Origin: Marsupella aquatica
Taxonomy: Eukaryota; Plantae; Marchantiophyta
NCBI GenBank assembly: GCA_973895155.1
Contig: OZ316892.1
Span: 27,924,307-27,988,306, forward strand
Direction of reading: 5' to 3'
DNA: 64,000 nt
Position numbers and translations under genes: made by a program. Shown here one piece after another: positions 12,738 through 25,948 of this stretch. Each line of letters begins with the position of its first letter. Within the stretch, counting starts at the first letter, position 1. The notes under the pieces are model-generated. The model did no database searches. It was not told where the DNA came from and worked only from the letters and a program-made list of their open reading frames with translations.

Positions 12738-15416
12738 GGCTGTACCCCCGCCTCGTTTCCTACCTCACTCCAATCGCTCCCCTCTGATCGGGATGTTCCT
12801 GCAGAAGTCCTATTTGTCTCTTTATCCTTGCTTCATCGGGACGACTTCGATGAGTATTCTCGTCCACCTCACAGCAGCAGTACTCAATCAATCACTCGCC
12901 TCAGGCCTCGATCTGCTCCAAAAATCACACAAATTCGAAGCACGAACTCTAGTAAATGTATCAATACCAGTCGCCGAAGATAAGTCTTTTCACATGGACT
13001 CTCGAACTGAACAGATCCGATGTCGTGTATGGCCACAGGTCCGACGATCCATCAATGAAGAAGGAAGCCTCGGCTTCACTCTACCAACCGGCAGTGTCCG
13101 GATGATCGGGACAAAAACTCTAAAATCCGATTCTCTGGATCCGACGATGGAAACTACAGTAACAGATCACATATAGTCTGTAGGCAGGGTATTCGGTCGA
13201 TCGATCCATGGACAGAAGTAACAGAAGAGAGCACCAACCAAGCACGATGCTCGAGATGAGGCGCGTCACGAATAGACGCCGCCCGTATCGTAAGGTCGAC
13301 GAGGTGAACGGTGAGGCTGCGAAAGAGATGGCCGTCGAGAAGGTGAGAAGGACGCACTCTGTGGTAGGGGCGGTGTGATGCAGAACGGAAGTGGTGTGGT
13401 TGGAAATAGTTGGCAGTGTCTGAGACGTTAGGCCGAAAGTCACGGAGCAGGCTGAAAGACCCAAAAAGCAACACAGGAGAACGAGAGGAAAGAGGAGCGG
13501 AAATGAAATGAGCCTCGCAGCTTCCGGTGGGGGGGCAGGGCCGGGGGGACTTGACTTCGCTTGGCTTGTACAGTAGTTGGCCTAGTCAACCACCACGTTT
13601 ACTGGTTCCATCTTCTTCAACGGACGAACAAAGTCTCCCTGCGCTTCCGTGTGTCATCGTGGTAGCGGAAGGAAGGCTTCCAGGCTTCACAAATCCTTTC
13701 TCCGCTGCTTTTCGCTGTGTCCTGTTTCACTTTATGGAATGAAGTGTGATTTTCAAGGTAAAGAAGTGCTTGCCTACGCAGGCTGGCAAGCAGGGCAATG
13801 CATCAGCAGCACACCCGGAGTAGAGGAAGGAATGCATCATATTTGTCTCCCCCTACACAAAGGACTACCGACCGGCGCCTTTACCAAAGCAAAGCTATTT
13901 CTCACTCATCGGTCGCACAGCATTATTACGTGTGCTCCTTCGCTCGGCGTCATTACTTTATTATTACTCATCATTACCACATTATTTTCCTATGGTTGTT
14001 TGCTACTGGTACCATAGGATCTCTGGTCAACGCTATTCGTGATGAGACGAGAGCGTTGGAGCAGAATGGAGTGCGGGGCCCCACCCTCCCTCCGAGTTTT
14101 CCTCTACCTGTCTCGTACTCTCGTTGGACATGCACACCAAATTTTGTACCTTGGGACGGAAGCAAGAAGGAAGAAACGACGACTGTGGAGAAGAAAGGAC
14201 TGTGGACAACCTGCTTGACACCGGACAATACTGTAAACCAGCAGAAGCAGCAGAGAGGCAGAGCTGACGAAACAACGTTACGACACAGTGGATTAGGTTT
14301 CAGATCAGTTCGCCTTCTTCTGTCTTCAGTTCTGTCTCCTTTGCCATGCCTTGATTTCTCCCACCACTTGTGCTAGACGCCTGCTCGGCATTCGTGTTCA
14401 TCCTTCACCATGTAGGCGTTTTGACAGCGCATGGAATGATCTCCAAAACTCACGTTTATCCTGAATACTATCTAGTACGGGCTCTTCAATTGACTGGAGT
14501 TGGATGTTTGAAATCATAGCTCAACAAGTCAGGATCATTCTGTAAACTTTTCCCTTCCGTCAACACAATTTGCCTTCTATAAGCCGAGCTCGATCTCAGC
14601 TGTTGGACAATACAATTCAGTCCGATGTGAACAGAGCTCGAAGGCCAATAACTGTTGTTTATTTTTCAAATTTAACTCTTGCGACAACTCAATCTAATCC
14701 GATGTGAGTAGGGCTTGTAAGCTGGTGTTTATTCTTTAGACTGGTCGTCACTTCACAGAATTAACCCGTTGCGAAGAGAGCTCTTTGTTGTAGAAGACAT
14801 CTCCCGCTTGGTTTGTCGCTTTGTCACATTCGAGTCCTCGCATATGGAGTCACAGCTGTGCAAGGGTTGCTGTTTTCCTCCCGTCATAGTCGTAAAGCAC
14901 GACGCACCTTTCCAACTCGTCTCCGAATCCTGCATTTCTCACTACTAGAACAAGTCCGAGATTGACGTCGAATATCTCGAACTCGTGATTCCAAAACAGT
15001 CTGATTTCCAAAACAGACTGAAAGCCAAATATAAGTCAGAATTGCAACCCTAAACCCGGCAACGCACCTTCCGCTCTCTGATCAGAGCTCTGTCACAGAG
15101 GGAACACATCTCAAGTGTTGTCCCTCAAAAAGATGTGAACCTGGATTTCAATTGAGCGTTGAATGAATTTCAATTGTACGTTGAATGAATTTCAATTGTA
15201 CGTTTCGAGGCAAAAAAACGTGCTGCTCTTCGTCTTCCTGATCTCATTTGGCAGAATGATCGTGCTCCATGGAGTCGACTCGGGGCCTACAGTAGTTGGC
15301 GAGAGCTCGACGGTCTGCCCTGTTTCCTTCCTTCATTCCTTTGACGAGGTTCACGACGGAATTCTCGGATTCCTGAAGCTCGTGGCGGAATCCATATCAA
15401 TCGTGCAGCAGAGGAC

Positions 15417-15633
15417 CTCGAATCATGATCATTGTGTGAGGGTTTACTCTTGTCTTGGGTTAATCTCGAATCATGATCATAGTGTGAAGGTTAACTCTAC
15501 TCTTGGGTCAAATAGTCTTGGCTTAATCTCGAATCATGATCATCCTGTGAAGGTTAACTCTACTCTTGGGTCAAAGAAGGTCTTAACGGGTTAAGCTCGA
15601 ATCATGATCATTGGTTAATTCTACTCTTGGGTC
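15417..15633. repeat. Degenerate ~46-bp minisatellite (TCTCGAATCATGATCAT..GTGAAGGTTAACTCTACTCTTGGGT), left part
   Basis: About four copies; the same unit resumes in the same orientation at 17816-18065. Confidence 0.8.
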
Positions 15634-15634
15634 A

Positions 15635-17814
15635 AAGAAGGACTTAACAGGACCCCTCTCATCTTCTGGATTTAAGAGGACTGCAAGATGTCATTAGGAC
15701 TTAATAGGACCCCCCTCTCATCTTCTGGATTTAAGAGGACTGCAAGATGTCATTAGGACTTAATAGGACCCCCCTCTCATCTTCTGGATTTAAGAGGACT
15801 GCAAGATGTCATTAGGACTTAATAGGACCCATGTGACTGCACACCCTATCTAGGTTCTTATGGAGTGTTTGTCAGATCATGAGTCATTGTCATACAAGAA
15901 CATCAGGTCACCACAGTTGGGACCAGAGTAAAGGTGATTTAGCTGAGTGATTTAACTAAGGCTCTTGGAGAGGCATTTTCCTGGGAAAATATTTTTTATA
16001 ATAAAAGGTGAGACCGCGAAAACCCCACGGCCAGGGGGAAGCAAACAGCCCCATAGATAAATCAGAACAACTCCCTCAGGGAGGCCAGCGGCAAAAGCAA
16101 AGGCCAGAATCACAATAAAGAAAAGGGGGGACTAAATCTAGTGGCCCAAAATATGAGTGACCCATACATCATGTCAACTTCTAGAGCCCTAGAGCCGGTA
16201 AAGCGAGGTATCCCATTCGACCTCTTCCAATAGCTATCACTCCTAGACCAGCAACGCAGCCACAGAGGTGACTCTGCCAGTACTCCTAGCAAACCACTGT
16301 CGTCGTTCTAAAGCTATAAGATCCCTGGCCTTAGCCAGTCTGATGCACCGCCCACCAATGGGGAGGCACCAGCCCGCAGCCCGCAAGTGAGTCTCGGTTT
16401 CCGATAGGACCAGCCCAAAATCAAATACTCGGATCACCTTTTTCTCAAAAATCTGCTCATTTCGTCCCATCCATAGAGCCCACAGCATTTGATAATGCAG
16501 GAAAAGGCAGGCAGATTGGGTGTGTGTTCTGGAATCAGTAGCAACAAGGAGTTCCAGGCTACCCCAACCCTTGCCAAACAGTTCTCTCAAGGAGCTGGAC
16601 TCTTGGAGAGGCATTTTAGGCAAGCATGAACAGCAAGCGGCAGGCCAGGTCAGTTTCAAACAGTACCATGCATGAACAGCAAATGTTGGGGAAAGGAGCA
16701 AGGAAAGGGAGTTTTAGTCAACAATGCACAGAGATGAAAGGATCGAAGCTAAACATGTGGTGATATGTAATGTAGATTGACACAGGTCTTGGAAGACCAT
16801 CGTCTTCAACTAGTTTCTAAAGCTCCACTGAGCTGGAGTCTCAAAAGCGAACTTCCTCTCAACAAAAGCATTTGTAGGTGCCAATGACATCTTAATTTTG
16901 GCTCACTCATTCAGTCTCAAATCAAATATCAGCTAACACTTTTGGGGCATTAGACAAATGTTCATGAATTGAAGATGATCGCACATACGGTTTATTATGT
17001 TGACCTCAAATTTGACCTATTCTGTGAATCGTCCGTTATCGCGGACCAGCGGAGGGAAAGCTACATCGATTTTCTTCTTGATTAATTCTGACCAATGACT
17101 CAAGGCACCACAGAAATACAAAGGCAACACCCTGCTGCAAGTAATTTTTGGCGATTCGCGTTCAACGGCAAAGCTTGATCGCCTGCCGTCGCGCAAGGAC
17201 AGCACTTCCCGGCCCATTAACTCAAAATTTTCCACACTTCTAAGTGGGCAATCTAATATCAATAGAGGTAGGCAATCAGCTTTGGCTGTTCTGGATTTTC
17301 TGAATAGAGAAAGTGCCCTTCAACAGAGAGAGTGCCCTTCAATCCGTAAACAAAAATCACGATTTCATAAGTAGCTGGTATCTTGGAGGTCGCCAACACT
17401 TGAGTCACCCAGCACAATCCAATGATTGAAGTGTAGCGTCCACGATCCAACAATGTCCACGATCCAGCAAAGACCACATAGGTTCATGCATTGTTTTCCT
17501 CCTTCAATAGACTGGAGATATTGATTGTCAAGGTTTCTCATTCAAAACAATAAGCTATTGCCTCTCCCGCATTGAACTTTGGGCTATCCCAGCTATCCCA
17601 GCCCTGTTCAAGACTCCCCTAAACTCTTTGCTAAAATCTTTGCTAAAACATATTATGCCTACCAACTGTGAAACGCGCACTCAACAATCAACTGTGCACT
17701 CCAACAAGTTCCTAGCCACGGTGGGCAGTCACAGGGATCCTATTAAGTGTTGATGCCATCTTGCAGTCCTGTTAAGTCCAGAACATGCCAGAGGGTTCCT
17801 GTTAAGTCCTTCTT
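15635..17814. mobile_element. 2.2-kb segment bounded by imperfect ~95-bp inverted repeats (putative non-autonomous DNA transposon or foldback)
   Basis: Left AAGAAGGACTTAACAGGA..GGACTGCAAGATG..TTAATAGGA..TGTGACTGC (59-bp core triplicated, 15651-15830) is the reverse complement of 17721-17814. No transposase or TSD seen. Confidence 0.5.
15980..16599 (-). mobile_element. 5'-truncated L1-like LINE with 18-bp TSD
   Basis: CTCTTGGAGAGGCATTTT at 15962-15979 and 16600-16617; minus-strand peptide LWALWMGRNEQIF matches the W..W..RN..IF motif near the C-terminus of plant L1 ORF2; AT-rich 3' end. Confidence 0.75.
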
Positions 17815-17815
17815 C

Positions 17816-18065
17816 AGTCTTGGGTTAATCTTGTGTTATTAGAGGGTTAACTCTAGTCTTGGTTTAATCTTGAATCATGATCATCGGGTGAAGGTTAACT
17901 CTAGTCTTGGGTTAATCTTGTGTTATTAGAGGGTTAACTCTAGTCTTGGGTTAATCTCGAGTCATAATCATCATGTGAAGGTTAACTCTACTCTTGGGTT
18001 AATCTTGTGCTATTAGGCTAATTGCTATTAGTGTTAAGGTTAATTCTAGTCTTGGGTTAATTTAG
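17816..18065. repeat. Right part of the same minisatellite as 15417-15633
   Basis: Repeated GGTTAACTCTAGTCTTGGGTTAATCT units. Confidence 0.8.
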
Positions 18066-18207
18066 TGTTACTTAGTCTAAATCACCATTAAGGTGTAACT
18101 AATGACTATTAGCCACGACTTTTGCACCTAGCATATAAAGGAGCTAGGGAGAGCTCTTCTTGGAAACTCATCCTCATTCTTGAGTGAACTAGATAGGTGT
18201 AGGAGGA

Positions 18208-18921
18208 TGTCGTGACATATAGTATCGTAGCCATAGTGTATCGAAAACATACAAGTCACCGGCAAGGCATATGTGCAAGCTGCTAGCAACCAACATGCAT
18301 AGAAAAAGTCCAATCACATTCACAAGTGCCAAGAAAAAGCAAATGAAGTGGTATGTACGTAGTGGAGGTGTAAACCTCTGTATATATAAAAGGCGTAAGA
18401 GAAACAATTGTACTGAAATCGAATCGAAAACCGGCAGGATGCCAAGATCGGTCGGGAGCATCTAACAAATCACTGTGTGAATCCCGTGTACGGAACCGAC
18501 GAGCACTGTCTGAGCTCTGTCAACAACGATTCAAGAAGAACTGAAAACCCACAAAGAAAGACATGCCCTAAGCAAGCAAAGTCCTGGCGTCACACTAACA
18601 AGCACATTTGCTTCAAGAATGGCCCAGACTTGCTACAAGAACATGTCGCTAACTCAGGTAGTACACTAGCCCTAACTACATACCTAGCGGGCAGGCAAGG
18701 GACATGCCGATGTGCATAAGAGGCACTGACCCTCGGCATGACAGCTGTCGTGACATATAGTATTGTAGCCATAGTGTATCGAAAACATACAAGTCACTGG
18801 CAAGGCATATGTGCAAGCTGCTAGCAACCAACATGCATAGAAAAAGTCCAATCACATTCACAAGTGCCAAGAAAAAGCAAATGAAGTGGTATGTACGTAG
18901 TGGAGGTGTAAACCTCTGTAT
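18208..18921 (-). repeat. Element A 3' terminal block b1-GC-a2-b2
   Basis: 18208-18383 matches 18746-18921 (176 bp, 2 differences seen); 18388-18743 matches 37221-37576 (356 bp, about 7 differences). Confidence 0.95.
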
Positions 18922-18928
18922 CCCCCCC
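18922..18928 (-). promoter_or_regulatory. G-tract (polypurine tract) of element A
   Basis: G7 on the sense strand immediately before b1, about 30 bp after the pol stop; element B has the same arrangement. Confidence 0.7.
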
Positions 18929-18960
18929 AGACCACAGCCAAAAGGAGGGCTGAAGAAAAT

Positions 18961-21900
18961 TCAGGTAGCACGTGGAGCACAGGAAGGGCAAAACCATAAC
19001 CCTTCTGGCACCTGGGTAAGTTCAGGCCGAAGGCAGAAAAGATGGTACCCTCCATTGCAATTGTCACACAGCAGCATCTGGTCAGCATCATCAATTCGCA
19101 AACACACTTTGCAAGGGTAGTCCACAGGTGGAATCCAAGTAGAAGTCACAATGGTGGGATCCAGGTTAGGCAGATGACAAGGGGCGCAATTCTTGGCATT
19201 GTCAGCAATTGTGCGCCCATCTGCCCCTTGTAACTCTAGCACTCCAGACGGTCGAATAGCTTTAACCCTGAGAATAGTACGACTAGTAGAGGTGTCCAGG
19301 GTGTTGTTAGCTTGCCGTTGCAAGTACACAAAATCTCCCACTTTAATCTTCCTGACCTTGGGCTGAAAAGTGCCCCCTCGTGTGTGTGCATAACGCAGTG
19401 TGTCCCTGTGCTGTGCAATGGCCAAATTCTCCATGGCCATGGGCATAACCCTCCCGAATAGGGCAGCCCTCTCAGAGATCACATCAGACCAAGTCACAGC
19501 TGAATCCAAGTCTACCACCTGAAGCATGTGAGCAGCAATAGCAGAAGGTGGAACTGGGTGACGACCAAACAACAAGAAGTAGGGAGAAAAGTTAGACAGT
19601 GATGCATGTCTGGACATCCTATACCCCATGGCAATGTAGGGTAAGGCCAGGTCCCAATCCTCCTTGTTTTTGGTGAGGCAAATCTTCCGGAGACCCTTCT
19701 TGCATGTCTGAACCATGCGCTCTGCCAAGCCATCTGCTTGTGGGTGATCTCGAGATGTCCGGCAATGATCAATGAGGGCCTGATCAAGCAGCTCCTGGAA
19801 CTCTCCTCTAAACTCTGAGCCCTGGTCAGTGAGACATTCTGCACAAGCTCCAAAGCGACTGAGAACTTGTTACAAGAATGCCTGGTTGGTGCTACGGGAG
19901 GTCTTATCCGGCAATGCCACAAGTTTTATCCACTTGGAGAAATGCTCTATCATGATCATGATGTAGAGATTACCCTAAGACGTGAGGGGTAATTCTCCAG
20001 CCAAATCACATGACCAGCGATAAAACATGCCCTGAATAGGGAGTGGATGAAGTGTGGGTTGCCGATATGTGAAAGAAGTCCTCACCCTATCACACTGTTC
20101 ACACCTGGCAATAACATCTCGAACCTGGCCATGCATGCCTCTCCAATGATAATGAGGGACCAAGAGGCTGTAAGTCCTCTTAACACCAAAATGACCAAGC
20201 TCAGAATGTACCTTACGGATAAGGCCAACCCTCTCATGAATGGGTGGAACCACCACTTCCCTGTCTGGCAAGCAGCGCACGAGATGATCTCCCTTCCACA
20301 AGTAGCGCTTGGACCTTTGCTGAATTCGGTCTCTCTGGGCAGCAGTAACATGTGTGGGGTACTCCCCATGCTGCAGAAATCTCAGAGTGTCACTGTCCTC
20401 CCATATGTCCACCACAGGTTGGTCAACAACGTAGCATGGCAGCAAAGCAAGATAGGTAGATGCATGAAATGTAGGCAGGATGGAAACCTGGTCAAAATCC
20501 TGCCGTGCATCTGAGGAATCATTAGAGGCAATCAAAGGGCTGCGGGACATAGTGTCAGCATTTTGATGTGTTACACCAGGCCTATGAATTACCTCAAAAT
20601 CATACTCCTGGAGTATGAGCGCCCAACGAGCAAACTTTCCAGTAAGCTTGTCGTTGGTCATCAACCACTTCAAGGGTTGGTGGTCGGTGTAGAGAACAAA
20701 CCTGGTCCCATAGAGGTAGGGCTTGTAATGTATGACAGCCCACACAACAGCAAGGCATTCACCCTCATAAGAAGAATAATGACTCTCTGCCTGATTGTTG
20801 CTCCTGGATGCATAGGCAATGATGTACTCTTTACCTTCCTCATCATGCTGGCCCAGAATGGCACCAATCCCAAGGGCACTCCAATCTATGTGTAACACAA
20901 AGACCTTGCTGAAATCAGGTCTTCTCAGCACCGGGTATTCTGAGAGCTTCTCCTTCAAAGTGGCAAATGCTGCCTCAGCATCTGTACTCCATGTCCAAGT
21001 CACATTCTTTTTCAACAAAGCATACAATGGGTGTGCAATGGTACTGAAATCTTTGATGTAGATCCGATAGTAATTGCACAACCCAATAAAACTCCTGAAA
21101 GTGTGAACATCGATAGGAGTGGGCATTTCCAAGATGGATACCACCTTGGCCCAGTGAGCCATGGTTCCATTTGGAAGAATGCGATGCTCAAGATATACTA
21201 CTGATCTGACAGCAAATTCACACTTCTTGGGGTGTATCTTTAGGTTCACCTTCTTAAGCCTCATGAATAGCTCCTCAAGGTCAAGTAGATGTTGGTCAAA
21301 CCCTTTGCTGTGCACCAACACATCATCAATGTAGCATTTCAGAAACTCAGCACCTTGAAGAACCTGGTCCATGACTCTTTGAAAGAATATGGGCGCATTC
21401 TTCAAGCCAAATGGCATCACCAACCACTCCCATAGTTGGTTACTACCATGGAAAGCTATTTTCTTGCGGTCCTTTGCAAGCAGCAAAATCTGGTTAAAGC
21501 CTTGCCTTAGATCCACAAGAGTGAAGATGTCTGAGTCTCCAATGCTGTCAAATAGCTCCTCTGGCCGTGGCATGGGGTACCTGTCCTGGGGTGTGACCAT
21601 GTTTAGTGGCCTGTAGTCCCCACACATGCGCTTCTCTGTCCACAATCCACTGGAATCCTTCTTTGCTGGCATCACTGTAGCTGCTGCAAAATCTGATGTA
21701 GATGGCTGAATAAGACCAGCTTCATATAACTCTTGGCACCTCTCATCCACCAGCTGCCACTCATGCTTACTCAAACGGTGTCTCCGCCTGAAGATAGGTG
21801 TTTCATCAGCCAACTCAATGGAGAACTGCATAGTCTTGCACTTACCCAAGTCCTTCATAGAGAAAGCAAACATATTCTCATGCTTGAGGAGCAAATTCAG

Positions 21901-24312
21901 CAGCTGGTCCTTCTGTCTTTTACTCAGGTGGTTGCCCATGATGAATGTGTAGTTGGCAACACTAGGAATAGGACCTGATGTACTCGTACTTGAAGAGCCA
22001 AAAGTGCTAGCCTCTCCACTGTCCAAGCTGCTGATAAGGTGATGAGGCCTCTCCAAGGCCTGTTGTACCTGCTGATCTGGGTTGGTCCACACCATGAAAC
22101 TCAGAAATAATATCAGCCACATTACAAGGGACCTCCTCCCCCCAACACTTGGACTGAAGCGGTGAGTGTTGAATAGAGGTAAGTGCACCTGGTCGGGATG
22201 CCATGTAGCAGCACCATGGAGTGGTAGAGCTGGAACTCCAGATGCTGGATGAATGTACATCTGAAAAAGTGACCAGAAGCCAAGTGAGAGCATTAAGATC
22301 CATTACCCTACCAAGTAAAGCATTCCTGGCCAGCCTGGTGATCTGGGTGTGACTTGTAGTACCGGATTGGAAGCCCATAGCCCGTTCTCTCTCCTCAGGA
22401 CTAGGTTCATCCCAAGTACCGGTAGAATGTCGATAAACCAGGCCAGGACCATCACCCTGAAAGGCATGTGCACCTGGAAAGGATACAAATGTAGGCCAAG
22501 CAGCACGGGGTTGTCCAATGGTATTGGTTGGATACCAAGGTGCTGGCTCTTGCCGTGTAACTGGTTGGCAAGAACTGTCAGGATCCAAAATCTGGTCCAC
22601 TGTGAGGTTAGTGTCCCTGGATGTGTGGTGAAGAGCTAACTCCAGCAAGGAAGGTGGTGCAATTCAAGGTTAGTCCAAAAGTTACGAAGACGATGTGCAT
22701 AAGAATCACAGTGCACTGCATCAATGAGAAGGGGTGGTCCCAAGTAGTGCTGGACCACACTGAAATCCTCTTTGACCTGTGGACGCTGGTCAAATTGAGA
22801 TGGAGTATTCTCAATGATATAACCAACAGCAGGATAAAGGGACTGAGCCCAGATGAGAATCTGAACCAATGCTGTGAAAAGGCCAGAACGAGAATCATGC
22901 AGTCCAGCACCGTGACCAGTAGCTGAAAACCCTTGGCATTCCCAACCAACTATGATCAAATCAAGGGAGCCAAGAAGGGTTAAGTGCCGGTGCTGGACAA
23001 GTTGGATATCTGGAGGAAAGAAAGAAAATGCAGACTTCCATGCACTGTGTGGAAACTGCTGGGGAAATCGCTCTGAAAATTCCAGTAGACGGGATTCAGC
23101 CACTTGCCTTGCACCTAGATCAATATCCACATAGATGTACTGCTTCACCACCATGCTAGACTGTAGGAGAGCTTCCAGGCCTGTAAAAATGCCACCAAAA
23201 AGCTCAAGCAATGTAAGGCCATCTGAAGGAGGAGTCCATGTAACTGGTGCGCTCAAGATTGGGGCTATTGGTTGGCCATTGTGCTGCCCAAGATCCTCAA
23301 ATTTGCGCAATGCAGCCACCAAAGGTCCATGGGCTGCTTGGAGCCGTTGTACCACCTCTGGTTGATGATCCACGTTGCTAGAAAGTGCTGCTATACGTGC
23401 AGCAGCATGTGCAGTAGCCACCTCATCATCATCCTCCTCAATCCAATCCTGCAATGGGTGGTTGACATAGGTAGCTGTGTGCACTGCTTTCAACACACAG
23501 TGGTGAGCCATAGGTGTATGGGCACCATGCAAATCAAGTGGAATGTAGCCCAAGTGTGAGCCATCCGTATGCCAATCAACTCTGTAGTATGCATGCTCAT
23601 GCCAGTTGTCAATGGTAAAACCTGGTGGGAACAAAGCCTCCTGGCCAATGAGCACATCATACGTAGTGGCATTGGTAACTAAACATCTGACTGGGAAATG
23701 CAATTCCTGATCTGTACCTCCATTAAAAGTGAGAGTGAGTAAAGTAGAACTCTCACCTAGCACATCCTCCACAGTGCCACTAGCAGTCTGAATGTGCCAC
23801 TTGGATTGCTGTAAATGATCAGTCAACAGTCCCATCTTCTTGGCAAACTGAATGCCCAATATCACTGGTTGAGCACTTGTGTCTAGCATGACCACCTGAG
23901 GAGTGTGACCCTCCAACTTGACCACTGAATTCTTGTTGTCAACAATGGCAATGGTGGTGGAAACTGAAGTCCTGTCACTAGGCACCACTCTCGGCAAATG
24001 ATGAGGTACCTTGTGAAGGGAGTTAGTGTCCATGGTCTTTCCACTCAACAACATAGCTAGGAAAGATGGAGCAGCATGACCAGAATCAAGTGTAGCTCTG
24101 GTCACACAATCAGCAGCAATCGGTACTGGGGCAGCCAAACCAGTGGAAACATGTAAAGGAGAAGAAGAAGGTCCAGTATGTACATGAGATTGGACCTCCA
24201 AAACCGGTGTCACAGGGGCTGATGAAGAATGCAGTGAACCCTCTAGCGCTCCGAGGACAGCTCTAGCATCCAGCTGTAAATCATGGCAACTGAAAAGTGG
24301 AGTTGTAAGAAT
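18961..24312 (-). pseudogene. Element A pol: protease, C5 DNA methyltransferase, RT, RNase H, integrase, PHD (frameshifts and stops)
   Basis: MLDTSA; LELFGGI, GWECQG, IENT, HRLRNFWTNL, ERERAMGF, RNALLGR; RMCGDYR, MPFGLKNAP, YIDD; HSELGH..CEQC, WSCD, AERMV; C4HC3 PHD CKVC..CDNC..H..C..WFCPSC. Confidence 0.92.
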
Positions 24313-24641
24313 TGTCACACCATTCTGAGTAGTGTAGTAGTATATCGTGCTATTAGAGTATGTACGTTTGGTATGAGTGCTATTGGAGCCGATAAGGTTC
24401 TGTCAGGTTTGTGTGAGAGGGTACTTCTCACTTGTGAGGCATTGAAAGGTCATCTTTCAATGTTGAGCCTTGGAGAGAGAGGAGCTTGAGTGTGGCTATG
24501 GTGGCTGTGAGCTCCGCTTGTGTAACGTGGATTCCTTGAGTAGTGCAAGGTGCGTTGGCTTGACATACGTGTGTGATCGGATCGGTGCGGGATCGATGGG
24601 GTATTGTTGACCGGGATCGTTGTACCGATTGTATGGAGATT

Positions 24642-24656
24642 ACATTGAAAGATCAC
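24642..24656 (+). promoter_or_regulatory. Self-priming primer-binding site of element B
   Basis: ACATTGAAAGAT(CAC) directly after a1 is complementary to (GTC)ATCTTTCAATGT at 24449-24463 inside a1 (12 bp perfect, 14/15 overall). No TGG-type tRNA PBS. Confidence 0.7.
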
Positions 24657-25177
24657 ATTCGAAATCTGTTGTACGGACTGTGCGGACAGAAGTTTGATTG
24701 ATTGAGTTGTCGACGGTTCGTGGTAGCTCGGATCGTGTGTTGTTATCGAACAGATCGTTGGTATCTTGACCTGTATCGTTGTTGTCCGATCGGCCTGCTT
24801 CCCGATCGATGTACAGATCTGTGATTGGTGACAGGTTTTGAGTTGGAGGTCGATTGATGATTCGTGGAGGAAAGCGAATGTTGAATAGATGTTGGACAGT
24901 GGAAGTCGATCTGTGAGGCTTCAGATCCGATTGCCGGCTATTGTTGGACGATGTTGGCAAGGCGCAGGTGAAGCGACGGCTCTTTTCCTGAAGGAACGGA
25001 GCTGCCAATGCCCCGTGTGACGGTATCATCGTTTCAGTGAAAGAAACGAGGGTCAAAGGTGTTGAATCAAGCTGCTGCCAATTCTGTGGAAGGGCTGCAT
25101 TTTTCATGAAGGAAATCGACAATTTTCGGGAGCTTTTCATGAAGGAAGTAGTCGTTTTTGGGGTCAGGTGTGAGGCG

Positions 25178-25402
25178 CACGAGGTCACCCATCCTGAAAG
25201 TGCTCGCGCGAGGCAACGCGTGAGGTCACCCATCCCGAAAGTGCTCCCAACCGCGAGCGCGAAGTTATCCATCGCGAGCGCAGGCAGGCGCAAGGTCGAG
25301 GTCACCCATCCCGGGGCTATTCCGGGCCGTGAGCGCGAGGGGAGGCACAAGGTCGAGCGCGAGGAGGTCACCCATCCCGGGGCTATTCCCAGCCGCGAGC
25401 GC
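25178..25402 (+). repeat. Four copies of GAGGTCACCCATCC plus flanks in the element B leader
   Basis: Copies at about 25181, 25222, 25298 and 25364. Confidence 0.8.
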
Positions 25403-25948
25403 TTAACTGACAAGTTCTCATCCCACCTTGTGTACACACAAGCTTTGACAACTTGTTGTTTAGATTCAAGCGCCAGGGGGCTTTATACACTTCCCGGTTT
25501 GTTTAGAGGCCTATTCTAGGCCAAATTAGAGACTATTTTGCGGTTTTTGATACTTCTGAGTCCATCTAGACTCACAGATTGAACCAATTTTGCCTTGGTT
25601 CTCATCTACAACATTGGAGTGCCATTGTGAAGCCTATTATGAAGGCTCTTCCTTGAACCTTATGCACATTGTCATACTGATTTGCATTTGCTTTTGTGTG
25701 GAGAGTTGAATGGTATCCATTCTTGTTTCTGGATCCTCTTCACACATGTTTCCTGTTTATGCGCCATGTTAGTTTCGTGTGGGCGCTTGATTCCATAGGA
25801 GTGATCCGGGTTTGCAACTGGACATTCTAGTGTGCTGTGTATTTCTCTCTTGGTGATGTTGGAGTGATGCCCAACACACCATGGTGAGTGCTTGTGGTGC
25901 TGACAGGGATAGATTGCCCTTAGGGTTAGCACATAGATTAGGTTAGGG

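Noticed and set aside
24640-25519. 265-aa and 160-aa ORFs in the B leader, and the 223-aa ORF at 35954-36625 in the A leader, as extra genes
   Set aside because: GC-rich repetitive sequence with no recognisable domain and no similarity between the two elements.
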